Part shown: in pieces, positions 13,180 to 26,447 of the stretch | Position numbering within the stretch: position 1 is the stretch's first letter | How the letters are laid out: each line of letters opens with the position of its first letter | Assembly (NCBI GenBank): GCA_964016885.1 | Contig: OZ024740.1 | Span: 363,940,001 to 364,004,000, forward strand | Source: Eledone cirrhosa | Lineage: Eukaryota | DNA: 64,000 nt | Direction: 5' to 3' | Translations under genes and position numbers: made by a program | Notes under the pieces: model-generated | The model's database searches: none | The model's input: only the letters and a program-made list of their open reading frames with translations | Told to the model about the DNA's origin: nothing

Positions 13180-13410
13180 AAAGCAATGCCTGTGCCGTGA
13201 AGCTTTTATAGTGAGCAAAGGCACTGCACAAAGCCAGTCCCACTCTCTTAACCAAGATGATATTTACCAAAGAGAAGAACAAGTCAACATCATTGGATAC
13301 CATCAGGGTTGCAGGTGTTATATCAGAGTTTTCCTTCTCCTAGAATTCTGCCTTGACAAAGGCTAAGGGGTCATCTCTCCCGGTGATTTTGGATGGCCAT
13401 TGACTCTTTA
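13180..13410 (-). mobile_element. Possible decayed Penelope-like RT fragment
   Basis: Minus-strand ITPATLMVSNDVDLFFSLV resembles the PLE RT motif xVSFDVxSLFTxV; flanked by (TA)n. Confidence 0.35.
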
Positions 13411-13508
13411 TGTATATATATATATATATACACATAGATATACATATATATATATACATATATATACATATATATATACATATATATATATATGTACATA
13501 TATATATG

Positions 13509-13790
13509 TGGAGGCACGTGGCATAGTGGTAAGGGTATTGGACTTACGATTATAATGTTGTGGGCTCGATTCCTGGGCTGCATGTTGTGTTCTTGAGCAA
13601 AACACTTCATTTCATGTTGCTCCAGTATACTCAGCTGAAAATGAATACCAGCAATAGCTGGAGGTTTAACTCTGCGATGGACTGGCATCCTGTCCAAAGG
13701 GGAGTCTTGTACTCTCAGTCGCTTCACGTCATGAAACCAGGATAAGCACCGGCCAAATGTGCCTTCTGGCTTAAGACAGACTTTAGACAT
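13509..13790 (+). mobile_element. tRNA-derived SINE (second copy at about 52175-52455)
   Basis: A-box tggcatagtgg, B-box-like gctcgattcc; the two copies share a near-identical body. Confidence 0.8.
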
Positions 13791-14499
13791 ATATATTCAT
13801 TTCATTTCATTTCATTTCAATTTACGTCTGCTTTTCCCTGCTTGCAAGGGTGGGACGGGAACTGATTCTGGCTTGATTTCTACAGCTGGATGCCCTTCCT
13901 AACACCAATCTCATTTACAGTGAGTGCTGGGTGCTTTTTTGCCGTGGCACCTCCATGTCCACTTTACAGTGGAATGATAGGAACCCCAGTCCCTATCATC
14001 TCATTTCTACAGCTGAGTAAACTGGAGCAATGTGAAATAAAGTGTCTTGCTCAAGGAAACAACACATCACCCGGTCTGAGAATTGAACTCACAACCTTTC
14101 AAATGCAAGGCCAATGCTCTAACCACTAAGCCATGTGCCTCCATATATATATGTCATCATCATCATCATCACCGTTTTACGTCTGTGCTTCCATGCTAGC
14201 ATGGGTTAGACGGGTTGCCCTATTGTGGGCAATAGCCGACTGGCTGACCATGTCTTGCTCATACGGGAACTGATTTTGGCTTGATTTTTACAGCTGGATG
14301 CCCTTCCTAACACCAACCTCATTTACAGTGAGTGCTGGGGGCTTTTCCGTGGCGCCTACACGTCCACTTTACAGTGTGAGCTGGGTGCTTTTTTGCTGTG
14401 GCACCTTCACGACCACTTTGCAGTGGGAGGGTGTGGGGGCATATTGTCTATATGCTTCAGTTTCGGCTTGTACCCGTGGGGGGGGGGCAGGGTCAGGTC

Positions 14500-16160
14500 T
14501 TATACTACCCCTATCACAAGCCATAATGAGAAAACTGGTATATGTTAATGCCAAGTCAAACCACCCTAGACCCATAATTAAGGCCATAGTGAAGAGTGTC
14601 TCGGACAGGATCTCTAACCTCTCCGCCAATAAGGAGATCTTCAATAGCAACGCAGAGTATTACAACGCAGCTCTAAATAAGGCGGTGCATGGCCAAAATA
14701 TATCTTATAATCCAAGGAGCCATGATAGGGATAGCCAATTGGACCCTCGACCCACAGTATCCAGGAGGGGGGAACCCTAACAGTACAGACAGAGTGGAAA
14801 TCTTTAAACCCCATGAACCCCACACCACCACATTAGCGAAAATGATGCGTTCGCCTAGCCATGGGAGGAAACCCAGTACGAGTAGCGGTCTCAGGGGTGA
14901 TACTAACCACCCCGGCCCGACGCCCCCGCAAGACACGAAGTGGGATGGATGGTGGATCATCCCATTGTAGAACTCCCAGCGTGGGCAACAACCACCCCAC
15001 AGGTACGGGCCGGGAAGCTAGCAAAACACATAGCGCCCAAAGGGGAAGCAACAATGCGGGAACCACTAGCAACCCAACAACTCCCAACAGCCCTCACCAC
15101 GCTCACCCCACATAGGAAAAGACGTAGAAAAATCACATGGTACAACCCAACCTACTCAGCAGCCCTAAAGAACAGCCTGGCCCAGTCATTCTTTAGAGCA
15201 CTAGATAAATGCTTCCCGAGGGACCATAGATACCACAAGATCTTCAACAGACACACTGTGAAGCTCTCGTATTCTACCACATGCAATGTAGCCCAGCACA
15301 TAGCTAGCATCAATAGAGGTAAACTTAGAAACTACACACAACCAGAAGTTGGCAATATAAGCACCCAGCAGAGCCATGGAGCCATGTGGAGGGAAGGAAG
15401 GGTGGATCCAGTACCCACCCTGGGAACCCAAACAGACCCAGGAACCTCCCACCGGGCCCAGGAGAAGACCACCCTATAATACGCAACGGCAATCCCACAT
15501 TAGGTACTCGGGGGTCGACCACCTCCTGCAACTGCAGAACCCCCAGATTATGTCCCCTTAGTAATGAATGCCTAAGGAAGAACTTAATATACAGATGTAG
15601 AGTAAAAAACCCCAACTCTGAGCACCTTTACATAGGAGCCACATCAACAAGCTTCAAAGACTGATGATATAACCATCGCCATTCCTTTAATGGGAGGACA
15701 AAAGGAAAAGTACGGCTCTTTCCGAACTGATCTGGAAGCTCAAGCTGGACAGGACCCCATACTCTCTGGCCTGGTCCCAAATCAGGAAAGTACCACCAAG
15801 ATAGAGGGGGATCTGGCATCTGCAAACTATGTCTGAGCGGGACTCTCGAGATACTCAGCGGGGAAGCAGCCTAATAAATCTCAGGACTAACTTCTTCAGT
15901 ACATGTAAACACCTCAGGGCCAGGACCTTCCTATATGGACAATAACAACACATTGGGATGGGAACTTCCCTCAAGCTATAGGGACAGTATCTATGTATGG
16001 ACACATGTATAAGTATGTGTTGCTATAGGAGTCGATTGAGGTGAGTGTGTAGGGTTTTTTTTACCTTGGGCTCGGTGTGGTAAAAAAAACCCTACACACT
16101 CACCTCAATCGACTCCTATAGCAACACATACTTATACATGTGTCCATACATAGATACTGT
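14500..16160 (+). mobile_element. Penelope-like element 3' part (RT thumb, linker, GIY-YIG endonuclease), frameshifted, ending in a foldback
   Basis: YVNAKSNHP, RKITWYNP..HKIFNRHTVKLSYS, CNCRTPRLCPLSNECL, LIYRCRV..YIGATSTSFK..YNHRHSF; GC-rich. Confidence 0.85.
15984..16160. repeat. Perfect inverted repeat, 82-bp arms, 13-bp spacer, at the PLE 3' end
   Basis: 15984-16065 is the reverse complement of 16079-16160. Confidence 0.92.
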
Positions 16161-16230
16161 TGTTTAAAATTATACACACATAGATACTTGCATGTATGTG
16201 TGTGTATATGTTATATATATATATATATAT

Positions 16231-16599
16231 GATATTAATAAATGGAAACTATATTTATAAAACCATATTTATTTCATTATATATATTTCAAGGATACCAA
16301 GTTACATTATGGTATGCCTTCAGCAGATAAAATACAATATATAACAGTTTTATAAATAGACATTGACGTACCCTTTTAAAAATTGACCGTTGTTTTTGGA
16401 GGCCATCAGGATAGACTATCCTGATGGCCTCCAAAAACAACGGTCAATTTTTAAAGGGGTACGTCAATGTCTATATATAAAACTGTTATATATTGTATTT
16501 TATCTGATGAAGGCATACCATAATGTAACTTGGTATCCTTGAAATATATATAATGAAATAAATATGGTTTTATAAATATAGTTTCCATTTATTAATATC
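16231..16599. repeat. Near-perfect palindrome, 184-bp arms, 1-nt spacer, with a hammerhead motif in each arm
   Basis: Centre ggatag-a-ctatcc at 16415; only a few substitutions between arms. Confidence 0.93.
16496..16560 (+). ncRNA. Minimal type I hammerhead ribozyme motif, family A
   Basis: TATTTTAT CTGATGA aggcatacca..tggtatcctt GAAA tatata TA / ATGAAATA; predicted cut after 16552. Confidence 0.68.
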
Positions 16600-17452
16600 G
16601 TATATCTACTCCAAATATTTGTCGAGTGCTTTATATCAGTTATAAAAATATTTGCTTGTTGTATCCCAACAATTTAAATAAAACTTTTGCATATATATAT
16701 ATATATATATGTATGTATATATATATATACACATATGGAATGCACCTGTGCATGTGTGCTTGCAACGATGTGCATTGATATACACGCATATGTACTTTAT
16801 GCCGAAATAGGAATTGTAGTCCTTTGCATTTCCAGATTTTGACACTCAGGTTTTGGTGTTTTACACTCCACTTTTATCTCATTTGCTCTTAAAACGCACC
16901 ACTTGATGATAGTATAAGAATTGTAATTCTTTACACTTCTCGATTCTGACACACAGGTTTTCTACTTCAGTTAATATTTTTCAAATCTTCCAAATTTTGA
17001 TATTGGTTGTAACACACATACATTTTTTTATTTTTTTATTTGTTTGGCACCTCCCACCACGTGAAATGGTGGCAGGATAGATGCCAACTTACACACACAA
17101 ATTCTTCTGAACATAGTAGCAGCATACTAAAGCTGACCTGCAAACTGACCCCTTAACACCATTACCACTACCAACACAATGGAGGAGGTCAGCTGTACTT
17201 AAACAAAAACAACTACAACAGATTGTCTTGCCTCAGAAAAATTTCTATAGACTTTTGACTGAGGAATGTTCTCACAACTGACCAATGGGATGCGAAAGTG
17301 TCCTATGACACCGAAATTCGTTTGTTCTCACCCATATGATTCCAGTTCCTCGGAGAAATAACAACACAACCAGGAGCTGGACATATCGATGTATTGACGG
17401 AGTAAAACACACTTCAACAACATGTGTAACTGTCTTTCCCACACCGATTCGG

Positions 17453-17507
17453 ACTGCCTGAAGAGGTCACAGCCAATGATGGCTGTCACCGAAATATATA
17501 TAACAGT
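17453..17507 (+). ncRNA. Minimal type I hammerhead ribozyme motif, family C
   Basis: ACTGC CTGAAGA ggtcacagcca-atga-tggctgtcacc GAAA tatata TA / ACAGT; one mismatch at the base of stem I. Confidence 0.68.
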
Positions 17508-17939
17508 ATATCTATAATTTATAATAAACGAAGTCAAATTTTACATATTTGACTTAATTATTTTACATTACTCCGGAGTAAACAAACCAACCTGCGTACT
17601 TCATCGAGTACTCCAATCTGCATACTGAGGTATTGGTAAACAACCAACATATACTCAAAATTTATACATATATATATATGTGTGTGTGTGATTGGATGGT
17701 CATATTTAGAAGTATGAATATAACTTAATCATTATGTGAGTAATGTTTTTTTATTTAACACCTTAAATTGTATTTGTTACTATATGTATATATAAAGCCT
17801 GGTTAGTTTCTCAATTGATATATCTCAATACATCGTTTAAAATTATTTTATATTATATATATATATGTTGCTGTTACAATTCACACCTATGTAGGTTTAG
17901 TTGGTTTCCAATCTCATGGAAAATTTCTTGGGTGTTTTA

Positions 17940-18150
17940 ATAATTGTTTCTAATTTAGGCACAAGGCTAACAATTTGGGGAAGGGGAAAGTCAATTAAAT
18001 CAACGCCAGTGCATTACTGGTACTTATTTTATCAACCCCGTGGGGATGAAAGGAAAAGTTAACCTTGGCAGGATTTGAACTAGGAACATAACTCTTTGCC
18101 GCAAAGCATATTGTCCGATGCTCTTCCAATACTGCCAATCCATCGCCTGG
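17940..18150 (-). mobile_element. tRNA-derived SINE family; other copies at about 32833-33020, 45120-45315, 46040-46262 and 52685-52815 on -, and 56630-56830 on +
   Basis: Shared ttttatcgaccccgtaaggatgaaaggcaaagttaacctcggcgggatttgaactc (B-box on the minus strand). Confidence 0.8.
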
Positions 18151-18564
18151 GTGTTTTAATAATGACCTTATACCTAACTTGTTACATCTCACATCTATGG
18201 AGTTTTAGCCTCCCATGTGTGTTATATCTCATTTGGGATGTTTCATCTAAAGCAATATGAACTGATGCATCTTGCTCAAGAATAGATTACAATGCCTAGT
18301 CCAGGAATTAAACCATGACCTTATGAACACCCTAACCACTAGGCTATGTCCCTGGTTCTATGATACAAAATTGCTTTTTTTAAAGCATTTATATTTATTT
18401 TGAAAACTTCTACCATAGTCCCATGTAAAAAACTTTATTCTAAGCACCATCTTAATAATGAGGAAATTAATTATATTACTAAATCACTTGAAATACTTAA
18501 TTGTTTTCAAAATTATTTGAACAAAAGGGTTAACATTTTCTAAATAACCATATTTTATTTTCAG

Positions 18565-18636
18565 TCCAACCATTAGAGGCAGAGACTCATTATAAATTTG
18601 TACCAAAAGCAAATACAACTTCAACACCATTATTTC
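18565..18636 (+). CDS. Exon 7, inter-domain linker (QPLEAETHYKFVPKANTTSTPLF)
   Basis: ttttcag acceptor, gtaagt donor, 72 nt phase 1/1; parallels exon 16. Confidence 0.72.
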
Positions 18637-19432
18637 GTAAGTACAATAATTTATTTACCATATATACTCATGTATAGACACAGTGGCAGACTGGCCAGGT
18701 CCTCAGCTTTGTGTGTTAGTCAGGATTATAATAGCAGAAAGTAATCCTGACTAACACACAAATCAAACTCAGCATCATGCTCTTAAGGCATAGATGTAGA
18801 AACTATCATCAACACCAATTCTGTCTGCATTCCTCTATGATACGACATCATACAAAGAACTATCCAACTTTAACAAAGAGAACATTAAAATTTTAAAATG
18901 AAATACAATTGTGAAAGCATGATAGTAAATTCTTTGATCTCTGCTGGCAATAACAAATGGCCATAAAACTTTCATCAACTCAACGAATCAATGACTTCAT
19001 ATGCCAGGTGTGTTAGCCACACCTCTTGAAAAAATAATAATAATAATAGTAGTAGTAGTAGTAGTAGTATTGATACCATAGATATTGATAAAGTTGTGAC
19101 AATGGTCATTGCCTGACCACTCCTCTCTATATATACTCACATCACATTATCGCTCAGTACATTTCAATATGACTGGTATGTATACAACCTGGATTCGTAT
19201 ATGGTGACATGCCTGCTCTCTTTATTAAAGTCACTCTGTACAGGTGAAAACATTGTTAAACTGAAGAATCCAATTTATCAGGGTGCTAACGCAAAAGTAT
19301 TGGAAATCGAGTTTTCCAATAAATCCCATCAGATTGGCATCTCTAAATATTGGTCACCTGATTATTGGTGAAACAAGAGTCAGTTATATAATGTTAGTCC
19401 TTTAACTGTGAAATTGATGTATTCATGTGATT

Positions 19433-19491
<59 letters not shown>

Positions 19492-19772
19492 TATATATAT
19501 ATGTATATATATATGTATATATATATCATCATCATCATCATTTAATGCTAGCATGGGTTAGACAGATTGCCCCATTGTAAAACAAGCCAGGTCCGATGAC
19601 CATGACTTTCTCATACAGGACTGGTGTCGGCTTGGTTTCTATGGCTTGATGCCTTTCCTAACACCAACCCCATTTACAGTGTGGGCTGGGGGCTTTGGTG
19701 GGAAGGGTGTGTGGAGATTAGCGAGATGGGTATTTGGGTGTGTGAGGGGCAGAGTATATATATATATATATA

Positions 19773-19837
<65 letters not shown>

Positions 19838-20396
19838 TCGTGCATAGGCATACATACTATATGTCCTCATGTTTAAACATACATCATAAATACTAATGTA
19901 TAAGTCCAATTTTCTAGACTATTTTTTTTAGGTTAAATTTGGATATTACTTTCAAGTGGTTGAAATTCACACTACATTCCTAATACTGTATCAATAAGTT
20001 GAAGCCCAATGGACTCTAAATGACTAAAAGTAAAGCAATGAATTACAGAAATAATACTGTTTCTACATAACAAAATACATTTTCTAGTACCACATAAGGC
20101 CATGTAGCTCATATATATTTCCACTCCTGTACATCAGAACATAATAGAGTAAAAAAATCAATTTCCCCATCGTAACTTTTATTCACAAATGGTTATCTGT
20201 TGTTTGGGAAGAATCCAAATTTTGGGGACAAAAATAGGGAATTTGCTTTTACAAAAATCACACACGCTGATGCACATATATCATTTATCATCCTTTTTCT
20301 TTGCTAGCAAAGATATATATGATGGGCTTTTTACAAAACCTCCATACACCATTGTATTTACAAAACAAATAATTCTTTACATTTTCTCTTCCTTAG

Positions 20397-20540
20397 CAAC
20401 ATCTGATCTCGACTGCACATTTCAAAAAGACTTTTGTAAATGGACTCATAATAAATCTGATGACTTCTATTGGATTCGAAACCATGGCCGAACAGATTCA
20501 GGTAGAACTGGACCTGTAACAGATCACACCTATGGAAATG
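20397..20540 (+). CDS. Exon 8, MAM3 N-part (DLDCTFQKDFCKW...TGPVTDHTYGN), GC donor
   Basis: ccttag acceptor; the donor gcaagt is the only nearby site giving the in-frame join DHTYGN-A-TGYYIYIE. Confidence 0.88.
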
Positions 20541-21732
20541 GCAAGTTTATAACTTAATTTAAATCAATTAACATTTCTATAGGTTAGCAGTACCACTAAC
20601 ACAGCATAATACACAACAGAGGCATATATGGAATTATATATACACTGTGTTAGTGCTATTACTAATTAATATCAACCCAGCAAGCCTGCACTATATGCAA
20701 ATGAGAGTCTCCGTAGATTTATTATTTGCAAAAATCTATATACAGTATTAGCAATCAGCTTATTTTGCTTCAGTACTGAGTGAGATATTCTCCTCCCGAC
20801 TTTGCATAGGAAAACAGCTGTGTGGGGACCAAGAACGTGGGGAGTCTCAAATGGCAGCAAGGAAATGGTTGGTTGATGTTTGGTATTTATTTACAACACT
20901 GGTGTACTTAGTACAAGCAATGTATACACAAAATGTACAGTGAAAACAATCAAGCCAACAATAAATGAGGACTACTGATGTATTATATAAACAGGAGTTA
21001 ACACTACAGTAGTAGCACTCTTGAGATTTTCTCCATTAATGGCTCACTAAACATAGTTGATAGTTTCTGCTATTTGGTTGACCAACTTAGTGCTGGAAAT
21101 GACTGCTTATCATCCAATTATTCATAAGCAATTAACTCCTGTTGGAGTTGTTAGGCTGTTGGACTATGTCTTGGGCATTTAAACCTGGCAGAGCCCATCT
21201 CACTCTAGGCTTGAACACAGATGATTTCTTTCAGAGAAATAGAGAGAAAGAGTAAGAGCAAGGATGAAAGCTATAAAGAGATAGAGGAAAAATTAACTCC
21301 AGTATTAAACTGGTAGTTTATTCATTGATCTCAAAAGGACAAAAGGCAAAGTTGAACTTAGTGGAATTAAAATCTGAGTGTAAAGAACAGAAAAAATACC
21401 ACAAATCATTCTACCCAATGTTCTAACAACTTTGCCAATTCATTGCACTGAGAATGACAGTACTGAAAGTATATTCCTAGAATAAGGATTTCAAGAAATT
21501 ACTGTCGCTAGCTATTAGCAACAAAGGATATCTCCCCCTCTTTCTTTCTCTTTCTTAAACTACATTTTTTTAATCTATTCAAAGCATATCCCTTTTAGCA
21601 ATGTTTAAACTCACATAAAGTGCATAAATATAATTCCTTTGTTAAAGTATTTGAAAAGAAATAACCACAGATAAGAAAAAGTTAACAGAAATTACCTTTT
21701 ATTTTATTTTTTTATTTTTATGGTTTTTGCAG

Positions 21733-21992
21733 CAACTGGTTATTATATTTATATTGAGACATCTTCTCCCAGACATCCAAATGATACAGCTAGCTTGATA
21801 TCTCCTAAAGTTAAACCAACTTCAAATGGATGTTTACGTTTCTGGTATCATATGTTTGGCTCTGATGTAGATACATTAACTGTGTATACTCTTAATAATG
21901 TGGGACGTCTTCCTTTGTGGAGAAAAAAAGGGACAATTGATGCATTTTGGCACCAAGCATTAATCAAAATCAATATTGACACACAAAGTCAG
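21733..21992 (+). CDS. Exon 9, MAM3 middle (TGYYIYIETSSPR...CLRFWYHMFG...TQSQ)
   Basis: ttgcag acceptor, gtatat donor; ORF 21720..22037. Confidence 0.92.
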
Positions 21993-23097
21993 GTATATAT
22001 CAACCATAGAATTTCTTTATTGTCTTTTTCTTATTAATTTTTAAACTCCTACATCACAATAAGCCGCATTATCAAAACATACAAAATAGCATAATAATTA
22101 CATCATATGAGAAACTAAAATCAATTTCCTATTGTTTTCACAATGATCTATCCACTAGTAAAGATACTATAAACATTTGAATTAGCAAACCTATATACAA
22201 ATATTTTTTTCTAAATCCTTTCAAGATGTTAAAAGTTAAATTGCAGGCATGGGTGTGTGGTTAAGAAGTTCTGTATAGTTAATGTAGCCACAAGATATGT
22301 GACTGGCTGTCTATTGATTTGATAATGACATTGTCCCTCCCCATCAGATATATCAACCAAGCCTCTGATGAGTATGGTGATGTGATACAAGTACAATATA
22401 TAATAGACAGATCTAGGAACAAGCTAGATATGGATTAAAAACCACATTGTTACCATTGGGTAACCAAATGTGGCAATGGTGATGGGCTGCCGTTCGATCT
22501 TTTCATTGATTAATGGATTTTCAAATATGATAACCATCTTCACTGACTTGCCTTTAACTTTTGAGTATTGTTTCTAGTAATGGTCATTTATATCTGAATT
22601 TTATCAAGAAGTATAAAACTAAAAAAGAGCCTGGTAGTCTAAACAACTTCTACTGACAATGCATTATGTCTATGGTCCACCTTTCTGTTAATAGGCATCT
22701 TGTGTGATATAACTTACCACTTTAAGAATGGTGAAATTGTTCAATTGACAAATATTGCATTGACTTGTAGTGTTCAGTCCTCCTTAGGAGTAGAGCTTTG
22801 TGACTGGAAAATGAATTTTTGTGATTCAGAAAGTATTATTCTTTAAAAGAATAATAATATATATATATATGAAAGTATTATTCTCTTATTGGACTGAAAA
22901 AATGCTGGGATGCCACCTTCAAGTGTTTAGTCTTACATATTCACCCTAATACTTATTTCAATCTAGTATTTATTTTATTGATCTGTATTTGTCAAACTGC
23001 TAAATTAGGAGACCTAAAGGCATGCAGCATAGACAACACCAGTTTTTAGACTAGTGTAAAAACACAAACATACATGATTTGGTATGCCGACTGTTAT

Positions 23098-23139
<42 letters not shown>

Positions 23140-23278
23140 TTAGGTTTGTTGGTTCACCACTGGATAGAACTGGTCATTCTGTATGGTCAATCCTGGTGTA
23201 ATATTGTGAAGAGTACTCAACGCAGTGCAGTTCACCCATCTCCGTTTGTGTAGTTGGTGGTGCGAATATGGAGTTAAT

Positions 23279-26200
23279 TATAAATGAAATAACAGGAGGC
23301 TGGACGGGTAAATCCTTGAAAGATTTATTATACTATGATCATGTCAATGACCGGGTTCCATATGAATCCAGTGATATCATCAGGTATTGGAATATAACAA
23401 AGGAATATGTAAAAAGCCATGGGTCCGAAAAACCATGGGTCCGAGAAACCAGAGACAGAGAAGGCGGCTGACCAACTAGCTTCACAGCCAGCCGCCCTCA
23501 AAATGTTGGCAACTGAAAACCACCAGTGAACATCTGGTAAGGGGGCGAAGGCCTATCATGTACTACCACCACCCCGTCAAAGAAGAAGGGGAAGGAAGAA
23601 AGAAAGAAAGGGAGAAAGTGTAGTGTAAGAGTCAAACTACATTCATGTTAGAAAATGCAGCGAAAAAAATACTACCCAAAGAATCTATAATGGGTGTCAG
23701 TATGGTCTAATGTGTGAACCGAAGATTGGAACGCTAAACTTATGTTGCGAGTTATAGGATGAAATAAATTAAATTAAAAATATTAAATTGCAAAATGGTA
23801 AATTGAAAAATAGAGGTAGCGAGATTTACTCGATAAGATATTAGGATGGGATATAGAGTAAAGATTTTGATTGGGAGTCCCAGCCAGCACACCCACCACC
23901 ATGAGTCAGCCAGTCTCGAGTGGTATCGTCCAGCGAAAGAAATGGAAATTAGTTTTTCCGAGTTCTCTAGGAACGTAGCTAACTTTGGCCTTGGGATCGC
24001 TAGTGGGAACCCCACAATTTCGATATGCCATCGTCTATACCACGAATACTATTAAATCACACAGGGGTTTATTTACATGTCAATAGAGGCATGATACAGC
24101 TAATAGTTATGCCCAAACCTGGAGTTTGTAGGTACAGGTATAATTTGGCGGGCAAAACAGGCGGCGTGGTGGGACTGGAGCAGAGCAATCCGCTCCGAGT
24201 AATTTCATTTACCGAAAGAGGAGAAATTTATTTTTCCAAGCACTCAAGGAAGGCTGAACTTTCCGAGTGCCCAGCGCGCAGCCGGGAAAAAGCCACCACA
24301 CAAGTCAAAGGTAACAACCCAATGAAAAGTGCAAATAGAACAAAATTATTTTAAAGTCCCAGTTAGTCCGGATTATAGGTAGTGTGTTTCCTAGGTGGGT
24401 AGGGGGCTATGAAGGTGCATAATGACCTGAGTAAGGAAAAGTTACAAAAAAATACCAATATAAAGATAGAATACATTGATAAAAATACATTAATAAAATA
24501 ATTTTAAAAAATTATAAAATATACATTAATGAGATAGTTAAAAAATTAATAAATAAAGGTAAATAAGAATCAATATAGATCAAGTTGTAGTAAGATAATA
24601 TAAGTTGTACATGTAGATATAGAGGATGGAGGAGATGGAATGGTAACAGGTTGTACCTAGTGTAAAGTTCGGGTCTCCGAATTCAGTGCGAGTCACAAAA
24701 AGTCCTGAGGTATAGAGTAGAGAATTCAGTCAATACAATACATGTTTTAGTATAATACGTAGAGTTTTGTCGGAATCGGAATCATCCCGACAAGGAAGTA
24801 GTATCAGGTGGCGGTAGATAAGGCGCAGAGCAGCCACAATCCGAATGGTAAGTAGATCAGTTAATCCCATGCTGGCAATAGCTGTACACTGAAGTCAGTG
24901 CCACTGTTCAATATTACATTTTGAAGTGCTCAACATTATAGGAGCATTATTTGGCTGCTCTGCACCTTATCTACCACCACCTGATACTACTTCCTTGTCG
25001 AGATGATTCCGAACTTTACACTAGGTACAACCTGTTACCATTCCATCTCCTCCATCCTCTATATCTACATGTACAACTTATATTATCTTACTACAACTTG
25101 ATCTATATTGATTCTTATTTACCTTTATTTATTAATTTTTTAACTATCTCATTAATGTATATTTTATTATTTTTTAAATTATTTTATTAATCTATTTTTA
25201 TCAATGTATTCTATCTTTATATTGGTATTTTTTTGTAACTTTTCCTTACTCAGGTCATTATGCACCTTCATAGCCCCCTACCCACCTAGGAAACACACTA
25301 CCTATAATCCGGACTAACTGGGACTTTAAAATAATTTTGTTCTATTTGCACTTTTCATTGGGTTGTTACCTTTGACTTGTGTGGTGGCTTTTTCCCGGCT
25401 GCGCGCTGGGCACTCGGAAAGTTCAGCCTTCCTTGAGTGCTTGGAAAAATAAATTTCTCCTCTTTCGGTAAATGAAATTACTCGGAGCGGATTGCTCTGC
25501 TCCAGTCCCACCACGCCGCCTGTTTTGCCCGCCAAATTATACCTGTACCTACAAACTCCAGGTTTGGGCATAACTATTAGCTGTATCATGCCTCTATTGA
25601 CATGTAAATAAACCCCTGTGTGATTTAATAGTATTCGTGGTATAGACGATGGCATATCGAAATTGTGGGGTTCCCACTAGCGATCCCAAGGCCAAAGTTA
25701 GCTACGTTCCTAGAGTATTCGGAAAAACTAATTTCCATTTCTTTCGCTGGATGATACCACTCGAGACTGGCGACTCATGGTGGTGGGTGTGCTGGCTGGG
25801 ACTCCCAATCAAAATCTTTACTCTATATCCCATCCTAATATCTTATCGAGTTAAACATTTTTTTTATATAAGACTCTCTCCGTAAGTTCATTAAATAAGT
25901 AAATCTCGCTACCTCTATTTTTCAATTTACCATTTTGCAATTTAATATTTTTAATTTAATTTATTTCATCCTATAACTCGCAACATAAGTTTAGCGTTCC
26001 AATTTTCGGTTCACACATTAGACCATACTGACACCCATTATAGATTCTTTGGGTAGTATTTTTTTCGTGGCATTTTCTAACATGAATGTAGTTTGACCCT
26101 TACACTACACTTCTTTCTCCTTTTCTTTCTTTCTTTCTTCCCCTTCTTCTTTGACGGAGTGGTGGTAGTACATGATAGGCCTTCGCCCCCTTACCAGATG

Positions 26201-26447
26201 TTCACTGGTGGTTTTCAATTGCCAACATTTTGAGGGCGGCTGGCTGTGAAGCTAGTTGGTCAGCCGCCCTCTTTGTCTCTGGTTTCTCAGACCCATGTTT
26301 TTTCGGACCCATGGCTTTTTACATATTCCTTTGTTATATTCCAATACCTGATGACATCACCGGATTCATATGGAACCCAGTCATTGAAATGATCATAGTA
26401 TAATAAATCTTTCAAGGATTTACACCAGTCTAGCCTCCTGTTATTTC

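Noticed and set aside
13509-13580. tRNA genes at A/B-box-containing segments
   Set aside because: They are SINE heads that continue into shared SINE bodies and lack a full cloverleaf.
15662-15667. In-frame TGA TGA in the PLE endonuclease as possible selenocysteine codons, and the overlapping CTGATGA as a hammerhead core
   Set aside because: The positions match Arg and Trp of FKxRWYNH (CGA and TGG decay), not Cys. There are no hammerhead stems or GAAA partner.
22362-22410. CTGATGA followed by a gtat/atac stem
   Set aside because: The GAAA box is absent (aagt) and stem I is not evident, so it is too decayed to call.
24025-25655. Two identical 109-aa ORFs on opposite strands
   Set aside because: They are a by-product of the long inverted repeat, with no recognisable domain or splice context.
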